Positions 13,095 through 25,030 of a stretch of 64,000 nt of DNA are shown here, one piece after another. Source of the stretch: Squalus acanthias (taxonomy: Eukaryota); NCBI GenBank assembly GCA_030390025.1, contig CM059432.1:29266001-29330000 (forward strand), given 5' to 3'. The translations under genes and the position numbers were made by a program. Below the pieces are notes generated by a model, which was not told the DNA's origin, did not search any database, and saw nothing but the letters and a program-made list of their open reading frames with translations. Numbering within the stretch: position 1 is the first letter of the stretch; each line of letters starts with the position of its first letter.

Positions 13095-13530
13095 CACATA
13101 AAGCAGGTTTGGTTTCAAGTGCCATTGCAGGACTTGAGCACATAAATCTAGACTGATGCTCCAGTGCAGTACTGAAGGAATGCTACATTGCCTACGGATG
13201 AGACATTAAACCACCCATCTGTTCCAATGGTTCAGGTGGGTGGTTTAATGTCTCATCCCACAGCACTACTTAAAGAACAGCAGGGCGATTTCTCGGTGTC
13301 CTGGTTAATATTCTTCCCTCAACTAACACCACCAAAAAAACCACCAATTAACTAGTTGTACATCTCCTTGCAGTATGTGGGGGTCTTGCTGCACCCAAAA
13401 TGACTGCCACGTTTGTCTACCTAACAACAGTGACTGCACGTCAAAGTAATTAATTGTATGTGGGGCACTTTGAGATATTTCTGAGAGATGTGATAAAGTG
13501 CTAAGTAAATGCAGGCCTTCCTTTTTTTCC
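13095..13530 (+). mobile_element. Deu-domain tRNA SINE (SacSINE1-like), degenerate
   Basis: ggtttcaagt B-box-like motif, ggatgagacattaaacc, ggtgtcctggttaatatt, and tail aaatgcaggccttc. It is the reverse-complement homolog of 40008-40452. Confidence 0.8.
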
Positions 13531-14399
13531 TTCACATCGAAAGCAAATTAGTTGAGCAATAAATAAATAAAACATTAAAGGGCTTCTTCATTAAACTAAC
13601 ATAGATTTTGAAGAGCAAAAAAACCAGTAATTTAAATTTCTCTTTTACAAATGCCAGGGACCTACTTTGCCCTCATTCATCTTTCTAATATTAATGATGA
13701 CGGATTTACCCACCCTAAAAAACGTGTGTCTCTGATGTGTGCTCCTACTGATATTCCTCTCTCACGGACCAAAATTAATCCTTGGAGAATTAGGCTGAAG
13801 GGAGAGAGCGTCTGAGGTGACATCTGAGGGTCACTCCCATGATTCCTAGCTTTGGTGGACTGATGGGAAGGGGATTGATTGAGGAGGAGTGAACATCTAT
13901 CAGGCCAGGCTTTCCCATGACTTATCCTGATGGACTCAGATTCCAGCGAGGCTTATCAAAAAACTGATGGAGACGGAAGCATTTACAATGCACCACTGGC
14001 TCTGATCACTGTTCAATAATACCCTAGATTTATAATATCTAAATGATGAAAGGGTTTGGCATGCAGGGCAGGAGGGTGTTTATTTAATACAGAGTGTACT
14101 AACTAACCATGAATTTATTTCATCTTAGCTCTGACCTGATATAGAACAGATCACTCTGCCTGTCTGTTTATATCCATTGCAACACCTATTCATTTAGTTC
14201 TCATTACTCACAATAATCCTGAATATAGTGGGCTGCTTCTTATTATAGTGTTATATAAAAAATCCAGATAATGAAAGTTGAAAAGGTACATGTTCGATGT
14301 GAGTACATCAGGCTTGCTCACAGCTTTTAAATTTGTTGTACGTTGCTACAACCTGTATGTTTGGTGAGACATGTAATGACTTGTTAGTCACACAATGAT

Positions 14400-14790
14400 C
14401 CCATGAGACAGAGAGAGAGAGAGAGATAGTGGGAGAAAGAGAGAGATGGAAAGAGAAAGAAGGAAGCAAATGAGGTGGAACAGCAGCGGAGAGCTGGAGA
14501 GACACAGAAAGATTAAGACAGACAGGATGAGAGAGAGGGGAAGAAAGGACAGAGAGAGGTTGAGAAATTGAAAGAAGAAGACTTTGAAAGAAAAGAATGA
14601 GACAGAGAAAAACACTTGAAAGAGCCTGTAGTGACAGAGAGGGGCTGAGTTGAGAGACTAGAAAAATTGAAGCGAGAAAGAAATGGGCAGGGAGTGAGCA
14701 GAGGAAGGGAGAGAGTTCAAGAGAGGGATAGACAGAGACAGGAAGAGAATGAGACAGCGAGGCAGCGAAAGCAAAGGAAAGGCTAAGCAA
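14400..14790 (+). repeat. GA-rich low-complexity tract
   Basis: Degenerate (GA)n/purine run. Confidence 0.8.
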
Positions 14791-15729
14791 CCTTGCATTT
14801 ATATAATACTTTATCAAGCTGTTGAAATTTCTTAAAGAATTTTATACAATGAAAGAGATTGAAGGAGAAATAGAGAGCGAGCAAGGCTATGATATCAAAC
14901 TTTTCATTTCTGGTTCTGTGTGGCTCATGTAAGTTTCAACTTCAGTTCTTACATAGACAACACATTGTAGATATAATCTGATGAATCTCAAATGTTTGGT
15001 TTTATGTGACGCATCTCTCATTCCTATATGTCTGTACTTTAAATTGAATGGTTATATCTGAGAGTAAGGCAAGCTGTGCGAGATATAGAGGGGGCACTGT
15101 TCACTTATTTAGTATGTTACACAGGTAGAGAATTTTATAAATAGTATACCACTCTTGCACTGACAATAAAGGCTAGAAATTACTGGTGGTGATAATGGCC
15201 AAACATTTAATACATTTAATATGACATCTTTCTGTTTGCTATTTTAACAGAGGCATTGCCCATTCATTTCAAGAGAAAAATGTCCATCTGCTATTATTGC
15301 CAACGGTTGTTTCTTGCTTTATATTTCTCATATACAAAGAGCATCAAGGTCTTGTATAAGAGTTTCCTGTACCAGTGTGCGCAACTGTTAGCCAAACAAA
15401 CAGGTGTCACTATTTTTCGTAATGGTGATTGTAACCGCAAATCAGTGATATCAAAGCAGTGTCTAATTCACCAGTACTTTCTGATGTACCAAACACGCTC
15501 AGCTGGAGCTTATACCATGCTGAGCTGGTAACTCAAATTTACAAAGTTATAAAACATGGAGACTGGGCTACAACACTGACCTTTCACCTCTGGTATCTAG
15601 GATTGGGATGGGATGAAAGTCCCTCCTCTGCTCTAAGGATCCTGCCTGAAATAAAATTGGGGCATTCGCAATCCAATTCCTGGTAGTTGCAAGTCTACAG
15701 TAAGCAACTGCCCATAATTTAACAAAAAG

Positions 15730-16030
15730 TACCTAAATTGGTAGTTTCACTCAGAGGCCACAAGGATGTTTGGTGCAGGAAATTAAAATATTGCACTGTT
15801 GCAGTAGGGGGTGCTCTTTTGAGGTACAGTGTTGGATCAGAGTAGAGTGAGCTTTGCTCTGTTTCCAACCGATGTCATAACTGATATGGGAGTGCTTGAT
15901 GGCGCAACATAAGGAACTTTACATCTAAGCGTGCTCTACACGATCTGGGACTGCTTGATGGGGCACTATAGAGGGAGCTTTACTCTGCATCTAACTGGCT
16001 TTATAATGTACCCAGAAGTGCTTGAATAAT
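15730..16030 (+). repeat. Old interspersed repeat with ~60-bp tandem subunits; inverted partial copy at ~18965-19110
   Basis: Repeated gggagtgcttgatgg...gagctttactctgcatctaac units. tgcagtagggggtgctcttt at ~15800 is the reverse complement of aaagagcaccccctactgca at ~19032. Confidence 0.55.
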
Positions 16031-16199
16031 AGATGCCAAAAGGCTATGGTGTAAAAGGTCTGCCTTATCCACCTTGGTGGTTGCACCTATGCCAAGCAAT
16101 ACAGAGCAGGCAAAACCCTGGTTCTGGACCCCTCCTTCCTTCCATTTTTTTCCTGAGGAGAATGCTGTCAGAACGATGCACGACAACAACAGTTAACAG

Positions 16200-16410
16200 A
16201 CAGCTGGTTGATTGGATAGTGAACAATCTAACATATTGTGAACCATACAGGCCAGACAGCCTCGGGTTCAATTCTTGGTCTGTGCTGAGTTAGTTGATCT
16301 CAGTTGGTAGGTATGCTACGACTGGTCTCATTATCCTTAGTTTAGGGGAGTGAAAACATTCAGCTGGTGTTCTTACTCATGATCAGTGCCTTGTTACCCC
16401 AGCTGTGAAG
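16200..16410 (+). mobile_element. LF-SINE-like relic
   Basis: gggttcaattcttggtctgtgctgagttagttgatctcagttgg...cagctggtgttcttactcatgatc resembles the LF-SINE consensus as recalled (GGTCTGTGCTGAGTTAGCTGATCTCAGCTGG). Confidence 0.7.
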
Positions 16411-17138
16411 CATATGATGCCACCAGAGGAGAAATAAAGGAGAAAACGTGATAGGGAGACGGATCCCTGGTCACTTTTCAGGTTGATCCCATCCAGCATC
16501 GCTAGGTTTAAGAACCCAGTCCTCCTCTTTCCCAGCCATGTTCTATCATGGTTTCCTGCTTAGTACCCTTAGTCATGAGCATTGCCAAACACCTCTCTTT
16601 CCTCCACAAACATTGGCTCATAACAACCGTTACATAGTTCTTCCCCTCCTTCATTTTTATTCCTGGAGAGAAAACTGCTCAAATTCAACAGGAAGCAACA
16701 GAACCAGAGCAGCAATGAGCCGTGTAAGTGAGCTTAGTGTGAGTGACAGCTTCAGAACCCCATACTTAAGAGGATAATAGCAGAAACGGGGCCAACAGGA
16801 AGCGGTGAGGTCAGACTCTATAGTTCACAATTGGACAGTGCTTCCAAATCCTCTCTCCCTAAAGCAACAACATTTACTTTCATTTTACAGGCTACTGAAT
16901 ATTGATTTCAAAGCTTGGAAAGACCCTCTGGCAGACAGGGCTCGATCTAGCTAATTGTGGCTTTATTGACTGTCGTATTTGCACTGTTTAGATTCTCAGA
17001 GACATGCCTGAGAGAAATAAATCTCTCCGAGGTATACAGGAAGAGAGAGAGGCTGGTACTCAGCTGTCAGTCCTGGAAAAATTCAGATTTGTTAAGAGTT
17101 CTTACTGTGATATTGGCTGCTCTTTCCCAAGAAATCAT

Positions 17139-18356
17139 GGCCCCGATATTTACGGGGAGGCAGGGAGAGTGCGGGGGAGCACAGTAGTGTGGGGAAAACC
17201 TGGCAAGGCCGAGGATGTGGAGGTCCTGCCGAATTTAAGAGCAGCACCTCGTTATAATGGGCCAGAAATTCGGGTCTCCATGGGTGAGTACGCGCTGTGT
17301 ACTCACCCGTAGACCCAACGAAAGTGCCGGTTTCGCGCATGCACTGCGCATGCGCTGGAAACCAGAACTTCCGTTCCCCTGAAGGAAGGGGTTCAGAGGT
17401 CGAACGCATGCGCCGGAGAGGCAGCGCGCACACAGCGAACTTCGTTTTTTTTTTCAGGTTTCTCCGTGAGGGTAAGTATGGAGAAGCTGCGCAGGAAAAC
17501 AGGAGGCGCAAGGCTTGCTTTTAACAAGGTAAGTGGTGAATTAAGTACAATTTAAAAAATTTTCAACAGGTTTATCTTTTTTACATACTTTAAAGAAAGG
17601 TAAGTTTATTTTTAGCACCGTTAAAAAGTGTAATTAATTTTTTCAAAAATTTAAATTTATGTAATTTATAGTTATTTTTAAAATGTGATTTAAAAAAAAA
17701 ATGATTTGAAGTTTTAGTGAGGTTTTGAGGCCGATCTCTATTCATAGATTTGACAGGTCTTCCTGTCAAAATCTATGAATGGAGATTCCCTGCTCCGATT
17801 GGCTCTCCATGGCCAGCTGCCGGGTGAGAAAACCAGTGGCAGGAGGCCACAGCCTGTGTCCCTTGGGGATTGCCCCAGGGAATCAGGAGCGGGTAGCGAG
17901 CTAGAGATCGGGGCTTGGCAGGTTGCTGATCGAGGGAGGGAGGACGCGAGAAATCGAGGGAGGAGGTAGATCTGCGATCACGGCGGGCGGTGGGGAAGTG
18001 AGGCGGCGATTGGCAGAGGGGAGGCTGAAAGGGTTCCTTGAGAGGCTGCGGGGACACTGCTGCTCCTCCTGGCCCCCTAGGAGTGCTGTGAAAGGCACCT
18101 TCCTAAGCTGGCAGCTCCCGCCTCTATTTCACTGACGGGTTTCCCGAGCCCTGGGAAACCCGCACAGCAGCAGTTAAATTTAAATCAAGCTCCCGATTGC
18201 ACTGTGGGAGCCTGATTTAAATATGTTAATGAAGTGCAGGTTTCCTGCCTCTCGACGGCAGGACACTGGCATGACACGAAAGCCGCCTGTTTTTTAATTA
18301 TTCCCCCCCCCCCCGACCCTCTCCCGCCCGTTGAGGGGGGAGTTAATATCGAGGCC
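17139..18356. mobile_element. Composite Harbinger-type MITE with a nested second MITE from ~17259
   Basis: TIRs ggccccgatatttac and gttaatatcgaggcc, with the 3-bp TSD CAT (17136-17138 and 18357-18359). A second TIR-like start gggccagaaatt lies inside. Confidence 0.8.
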
Positions 18357-18469
18357 CATAGGTTCAAATTTTTAAATGTTACTTTTCAAACCAACATGAG
18401 CAAGAATTAATTTATTGGTCATTCACCTCATTGTAGGAACCAGCTATCCACAAAATGACTGCCTCAAAT

Positions 18470-18810
18470 TGCCCTCCAAAAACTCTGCGTTATTCCAATT
18501 CTGGCCTCTTGTGCATTCCCAACAGCCTTTGCCCCACCATTGGTGGCCGTGCCTTCATCTGTCTAGTCCCTAAGCTCTGGAATTCCCTCCCTAAACCTCT
18601 TTGCCTCTCCACCTCTCTCTCTCCTCCTTTAAGACCCTCCTTAAAACCTACCTCTTTTACCAAGCGTTTGGTCACCTGACATAATGGCCTCGATATTTAC
18701 GAGTGGGGGGAGGGATTTTGTAACGGTCATGACACCTGGACATGTGGGGAACACATTGGGACGTTATACTACATTAAAGGCTCTTTATAACTGCAAGTTG
18801 TTGTTGTTGT
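18470..18810 (+). mobile_element. L2 3' tail fragment
   Basis: accattggtggccgtgccttc...ctctggaattccctccc...caagttgttgttgttg. Confidence 0.85.
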
Positions 18811-19828
18811 GGGATAACAATTACCGGACACTTATAAGTGGTTATGCGTGAGGTTTAGTTTACACATTTCTGACTGATGTGATAAAGTGCGACTATTTTT
18901 TGTGTATTTTGTGACAAGCTGAGAAATATCGGAGCGTTAAGCACCTCCAGCTCTTGCGAGGCACAGGTTAGCTACGGAGTAAAACTCCCTCCTGTCTGCC
19001 CAAAACTAATTAGCTTTCACACCCAACTGCTAAAGAGCACCCCCTACTGCATTTTCCAGACCAACCATCCTTGTGGCTTCCCCAAGTCAGATTGTCAACT
19101 TAGTGCCGGTTATTGGCAGTTTTGTGTTGTGGCTCAAATCCACTTCAAAGTGGGTTCAATCAGCCTCAAATTCACTTTAGACTGATGCAGCCTCAGAGTA
19201 TCACCCACCCAATTTTCTGAAATGTAATTCAGGTTGAAAACAGAAAGCACTTCTCTGCTATGGAGGCATTAGTTATTAAAGATTTTCTGGTCAGCCATTC
19301 AGTCACTGTTTCTGGACTTTGCTGTGCACAATATTGTTTTTGACTTGTCCAACATAACAACAGTGACTGCCCTTCAAAAGTAATTTACTGGCTTCAAAGC
19401 ACTTTGGGACATCCTGAGGCTGAGAGAGGCGTTATATAGATGCAAGTTCTTTCTTCCATTATTCTTGTAACAAGCCTTCATCAGCAGCAAAGCATATATC
19501 AAAACTCAAACCACAATTTCATCCCCTGCCCCATCTAGTCTTGTTTGGGACTCATTGAAAAGTAACAATCCTCCATCAGTATTCCAAGACGCGAGACCAG
19601 AAGAGGGGTGGTGAACAGGCATAAACATATATTTGGCAGAGGAAGACGTTGATGGATACAAGAGACAGAAACCTGGGGCCTCCTCCACAACAGAAGGAGG
19701 TGGTGGGGCGCTGCGGTGGGTGGAGGGGTGAGAGAAAAAGAGAGCAAGAGAAAGAGGAACGACCAGGATGCCAGAGATGTTGCTGCCAAGCAGCTGGTTC
19801 AAAAGAGGTTGGAGACTAGATTACTCAC

Positions 19829-19858
19829 CTGTCCTCTTGGCCACAGGATGTTCATGGC
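19829..19858 (-). other. Candidate 30-nt exon
   Basis: On the minus strand: pyrimidine tract ttccttctctcccctctcaattcctgtcctcattAG, then 30 nt, then GTGAGT. Open as AMNILWPRGQ or xHEHPVAKRT. Confidence 0.35.
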
Positions 19859-20176
19859 CTAATGAGGACAGGAATTGAGAGGGGAGAGAAGGAATGTTCA
19901 GAGGATGCAATTTAAAACGTGGCAATTTTAAAATGTATTGCTGGTCTTTTGTAGACTTTTTGTACGATTGAGAAACCTTTGAAGGGACCGGTCCTATTGT
20001 AAAGAAAGAAAGAGTTGCATTTATATAGCGCCTTTCAGGACCTGAGGATGTCCCAAACCATTTTACAGCCAATGAAGTACTTTTGATGTGTAGTCACTGT
20101 TGTAATGTAGGAAACGTGGCAGCAAATTGCTCAAAGCAATGTTGCACAAACAGCAATGTGATAATGACCAGATACT

Positions 20177-20798
20177 GGCCCAAAATCTGCGGTCAGAGGC
20201 CTCCCACGGGAGGATGCCTCCGACCTGTAAAAAATCTACGCATTTACCTAGTGACCCGGGAGGTATGGAGACTTGCGATCCTGGGCCTCTCCGAGTACGC
20301 GCGGGTAGAGGCCCATGTATCCCGGGGTGCAGGTGGTTCGCAAGCGCCCCTGGGATCACGTGAGCCAGCCCAACCAATAAAAGAAGGGAATCCCCATTCA
20401 TACTTATGGGAGTTCCGTACGTACGGAATCCCCATAAGTATGAATGAGTATCACTTAAAAAATACACAAACACGTGAAATTAAAAAAAAATTATATATTT
20501 AAAATTAATTAAAATGCCCTTTAATTAAATATTTTAAACGAAAATTAAATTTTTTGAAAAAAAAAATCATATGTTTTAACAGGGCTAAAAATAAACTTAA
20601 CTTATTGGAGAGGGTTTTTAATGTATAAATGAGTGATAAAATTTTTTTTTTCTATTTTTTAAAACTATTATGCTGGTAAAAGCAGGCCTTATGCTTTCAT
20701 ACGCGCGCATGAGCTTCGCATGCCTAAACCCGGAACTTGCGCGGCCCTTACGAGCCGTACACACTTCGTACGTACCCGTAGGGGTCGCAAAATACGGC
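20177..20798. mobile_element. GC-rich MITE inserted in the SINE
   Basis: Ends ggcccaaaatctgcgg and tcgcaaaatacggcc. It interrupts the SINE at gata|atctg. Confidence 0.7.
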
Positions 20799-21734
20799 CC
20801 AATCTGTTTTTAGGTATTGGTTGAGGGATAAATATTCGCTGTGATTATTTGCATGAACAGCTTTGTGACTTTGTGCGCAAGCACGCGTTATACCGGAGCC
20901 GAGCATGTGCATCCGATCCCCTTCTGCACATACTCACTGTATACCAGAGCCGCGCATGTGCAGTAACTAATGGTGCCACTGTGGCCTGCACCGTGGGCCG
21001 TGATTTCCTCAGCTCCATGTGGAGAAGGTCAGGGGATCCATTGGTGGCCAGGAGTGGGGGGGGCGGATGGGAAGTGGAAGATCGAGGATCGAAAGGGGAG
21101 AGAGAAAGGGAATCGGAGGGGGGAGAGAGAGAGGATATTGGAGAGAGAGAGAGGAGATTGTGGGGGGGGATAGAGAGAAGATCGGAGGGGGAGAGAGAGA
21201 GGGGGAGAGAGAGAGGGGGGATAGAGAGGAGAGGGAGAGAAAGAGAGGGGAAGAGAGAGAGGAGGGAGAGAGGAGGAAGAGAGAGGGGGAGAGAGGGGGA
21301 GAGAGAGGGGGAGAGAGAGGGGCGGAGAGAGAGAGAGGATCGGAGGGGGAGGGAGAGAGGATCGGAGGGAAAGAGAGAGAGAGAGAGAGGGAGAGGATCA
21401 GAGGGGGGAGGGAGAGAGGGAGATGATCAGAGGGGGAAGAGAGAGAGAAAGGATCGGAGGGAGGGAGAGAGAGATCAAAAGGGTGGAGGGAGAGAGTGGA
21501 GATTGTAGGGGGGAGAATAAAGAGATCAGAGGGAGGGAGAGAGAGGAGATGGAAGGGGGAGAGAAGAGGAGCTCTGAGGGGGGAGAGGAGGTCAGGAACT
21601 CAGGGGGAGAGGAGGTCAGGAACTCGGGGGAGGGGTGGTAAAGAGCATGGAGAGCACAGTGGGGATGGGGGAAGAATGTGATCCAGGTCTAAAGGGGGGG
21701 TTGGGGGTGAGAGTGAGAACACGATCCAGATGGA

Positions 21735-24420
21735 AAGAAGGAAATAGTTGAGGCATGTAATAAGGGAACATCTATAATTATGGGGGATTTTAACTATCAT
21801 ATTAATTGGACAAATCAAATGGGGCAGGGCTGCCTTGAGGATGAGTTCATTGAGTGTATTAGGGATGGGTTTCTTGAGCAGTATGTAACTGAACCGACCA
21901 GGGGGCAAGCAACCTTAGATCTGGTCCTGTGTAACGAGACAGGATTAATTAAAAATGTCCTAGTAAAGGATCCCCTTGGAATGAGTGACCATAACATGGT
22001 TGAATTCCATATTCAATTAGAGGGTGAGAAGGTTGGATCTCAAACAAGCGTGCTAAGCTTGAATAAAGGAGACTATGAAGGTATGCGAGCGGAATTGAGT
22101 AGAGTGGATTGGGAAAATAGATTAAAGGGTAAGACGACACATGATCAGTGGTGTACATTCAAGGAGTTATTTTACAACTTCCAAAAAAAATATATTCCAC
22201 TGAAAAGAAAAGGGTGTAAAAGAAAGGACAGTCATCCGTGGCTAAGTAAAGAAATTAAGGATAGTATTCGACTAAAAACAAGGGCATATAAGGTAGCGAA
22301 ATCTAGTGGGAGGACAGAGGATTGGGAAAACTTTAAAAGGCAGCAAAAAATAACAAAAAGATTGATTAAGAAAGGGAAGATAGATTATGAAAGTAAATTA
22401 GCAAAAAATATAAAAACAGATAGTAAGAGTTTTTATAGTTATATAAAAAGAAAAAGGGTGGCTAAAGTAAATGTTGGTCCCTTAGAGGATGAGACCGGGA
22501 AATTAATGGTGGGAAATATGGAGATGGCAAAAACACTGAATGAATATTTTGTATCAGTCTTTACAGTAGAGAACACTAAGAATATCCCAACACTGGACAA
22601 ACAGGGGGCTATAGGGGGAGAGGAGCTAAACACGATCAAAATCACTAAGGAAGTGGTACTCGGTAAAATAATGGGACTCAAGGCGGATAAATCACCTGGA
22701 CCTGATGGCTTACATCCTAGAGTCTTGAAGGAAGTGGCGGTAGGGATTGTAGATGCATTGGTAATAATTTTTCAAAACTCCCTGGATTCCGCTAAGGTCC
22801 CGGCAGACTGGAAAACTGCTAATGTAACACCCTTATTTAAAAAGGGCAGTAGACAGAAGGCTGGTAACTATAGACCGGTTAGCCTAACATCTGTGGTAGG
22901 TAAAATTTTGGAGTCCATTATTAAGGAAACAGTAACAGGACATTTGGATAATCATAATTTAATAGGACAAAGTCAGCATGGTTTTACGAAGGGGAAGTCA
23001 TGTTTGACAAATTTGCTGGAGTTCTTTGAGGAAGTAACATATAGAGTGGATAAAGGGGAACCAGTGGACGTAGTGTATTTAGACTTCCAAAAGGCATTTG
23101 ACAAGGTGCCACACAAAAGATTATTGCTTAAGGTAAAAAATCACGGGATTGGGGGTAATATTCTGGCATGGATAGAGGATTGGCTATCTAACAGAAAGCA
23201 AAGAGTTGGGATAAATGGTTCATTCTCAGACTGGCAATCAGTAACTAGTGGTGTTCCACAGGGGTCAGTGCTGGGTCCCCAACTCTTCACAATCTATATT
23301 AACGATTTGGAGGAAGGGACCAAGTGTAACATATCAAAATTTGCAGATGATACAAAGATGGGAGGGAAAGTAGTGAGTGAGGAGGACATAAAAAACCTGC
23401 AAGGGGACATAGACAGGCTAAGTAAGTGGGCAGAGATTTGGCAGATGGAATACAACACTGGAAAGTGTGAGGTGATGCACTTTGGCAGGAAAAATCCTAG
23501 AGCAATTTATTATCTTAATGGCAAGAAACTGGAGAGTACTGAAGTGCAAAGGGATCTGGGGGTCCTGGTGCACGAAACTCAAAAGGTTAGTATGCAGGTG
23601 CAGCAAGTGATTAAGAAGGCAAATGGAATGTTGGCTTTCATTGCTAGGGGGATAGAATATAAAAATAGGGAGGTATTGCTTCAGTTGTACAAGGTATTGG
23701 TGAGACCGCACCTGGAATACTGCATACAGTTTTGGTGTCCTTACTTAAGGAAAGACATCCTTGCTCTCGAGGCAGTGCAAAAAAGGTTCACTCGGTTAAT
23801 CCCGGGGATGAGGGGGTGGTCATATGAGGAGAGGTTGGGTAGATTGGGACTCTACTCATTGGAGTTCAGAAGAATGAGAGGCGATCTTATTGAAACATAT
23901 AAGATTGTGAAGGGGTTGGATCGGGTGGATGCGGGGAGGATGTTCCCGATGACGGGTGAGACGAGAACTAGGGGACATAGTCTTAGAATAAGGGGCTGCT
24001 CTTTCAAAACTGAGATGAGGAGGAACTACTTCACTCAGAGGGTGGTAGGTCCATGGAATATGCTGCCACAAAAAGCTGTAGAAGCTACAACATTAATTAA
24101 ATTTAAAACAGAAATAGACAGTTTCCTAGAAGTAAAGGGCATTAAGGGTTACGGGGAGCGGGCAGGAATTTGGACATGAGTCTAGGTTCGGATCGGACAT
24201 GGCCCTGTGGGTAGTGGAGCGGGCCCAGGGACTGTGTAGCCTGATTCTGCTCCTATTTCGTGTGTGCAATTCTGTTAGATGCAGGAGATGGTTCTGTGAT
24301 AGATAGTAGATTGGCGGTTAGGATCAGATCAGCCATGATCTTATTGAATGGCGGAGCAGGCTCGAGGGGCCGATTGGCCTACTCCTGCTCCTATTTCTTA
24401 TGTTCTTATGTTATGTTCTT
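21735..24420 (+). mobile_element. Young 5'-truncated CR1 LINE
   Basis: Uninterrupted ORF2 remainder, a 3' UTR ending (tatgttct)n, and a putative TSD ATGGA (21730-21734 and 24421-24425). Confidence 0.95.
21780..24179 (+). CDS. CR1 ORF2: C-terminal APE endonuclease part plus complete reverse transcriptase (N-terminally truncated)
   Basis: 799 aa open frame with GDFN, TLDLVL and SDH (APE), and NYRPVSLTS, QHGF, YLDFQKAFDKVPH, GVPQGSVLGP and FADD (RT). Confidence 0.93.
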   Translation: MGDFNYHINWTNQMGQGCLEDEFIECIRDGFLEQYVTEPTRGQATLDLVLCNETGLIKNVLVKDPLGMSDHNMVEFHIQLEGEKVGSQTSVLSLNKGDYEGMRAELSRVDWENRLKGKTTHDQWCTFKELFYNFQKKYIPLKRKGCKRKDSHPWLSKEIKDSIRLKTRAYKVAKSSGRTEDWENFKRQQKITKRLIKKGKIDYESKLAKNIKTDSKSFYSYIKRKRVAKVNVGPLEDETGKLMVGNMEMAKTLNEYFVSVFTVENTKNIPTLDKQGAIGGEELNTIKITKEVVLGKIMGLKADKSPGPDGLHPRVLKEVAVGIVDALVIIFQNSLDSAKVPADWKTANVTPLFKKGSRQKAGNYRPVSLTSVVGKILESIIKETVTGHLDNHNLIGQSQHGFTKGKSCLTNLLEFFEEVTYRVDKGEPVDVVYLDFQKAFDKVPHKRLLLKVKNHGIGGNILAWIEDWLSNRKQRVGINGSFSDWQSVTSGVPQGSVLGPQLFTIYINDLEEGTKCNISKFADDTKMGGKVVSEEDIKNLQGDIDRLSKWAEIWQMEYNTGKCEVMHFGRKNPRAIYYLNGKKLESTEVQRDLGVLVHETQKVSMQVQQVIKKANGMLAFIARGIEYKNREVLLQLYKVLVRPHLEYCIQFWCPYLRKDILALEAVQKRFTRLIPGMRGWSYEERLGRLGLYSLEFRRMRGDLIETYKIVKGLDRVDAGRMFPMTGETRTRGHSLRIRGCSFKTEMRRNYFTQRVVGPWNMLPQKAVEATTLIKFKTEIDSFLEVKGIKGYGERAGIWT

Positions 24421-24639
24421 ATGGATCACGTTCTTCCAACCCCAACCCCACCTGCTTTACACACGCACCACGCTCTCCCTCTCCTCCCCGTAGACCTGGT
24501 TGATTTCTCGGAAAACTCAGTGTGTGTGGCAAGTGGCATCATTGGACTGGACGAAATCCGGAAGTCATGACACTGTCACGATTCACTTCATACCCAATAA
24601 ACCTGTTAACAATCCATGACCCATGCAGAATGCCCCATC

Positions 24640-25030
24640 TATCGGGGGGGGGGGGGGAGAGGTAGATCAGGAACTTGGGCAGGGGAAAAAGGTCACAACC
24701 CTGGGGGGAGGAACCTGGGCAGGGGGAGGAGGTCAGGAACTTGCGGGGGGGGGGGGGGTGAAGGTCAGGAACCCGGAGGGGAGGGTGGGGCGAGAGGAAT
24801 GTCAGGAACTTGGGCAGGGGGAAAAGGTCAGGTCCCCGGTGGGGAGGAACTTGGGCAGGGGAGGAAGGTCAGGAACTTGGGTGGTGGGGAGAAGGTCAGG
24901 AACCTAAGGGGGGAGGTCAGGATCCCGTGAGGGGAGGTCAGGACCTCGGGGGGTGGGGGAAAGGTTAGGAACTTGTTGGGGGGACAGGAACTTGTTTGTT
25001 TGGGTGGGGGGAGGGGAGAAGGTCCTAACC
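24640..25030 (+). repeat. G-rich degenerate ~20-28 bp tandem repeat (gaaggtcaggaacttgggg)
   Basis: Many ggtcaggaac cores separated by G runs. The same motif occurs at 21580-21630. Confidence 0.75.

Noticed and set aside
14308..14817. Leu/Ser-rich 169-aa ORF resembling a membrane protein
   Set aside because: It is the antisense reading of a (GA)n tract.
20849..21681. Arg/Glu/Gly-rich ORFs
   Set aside because: These are translations of a GA-rich low-complexity tract.
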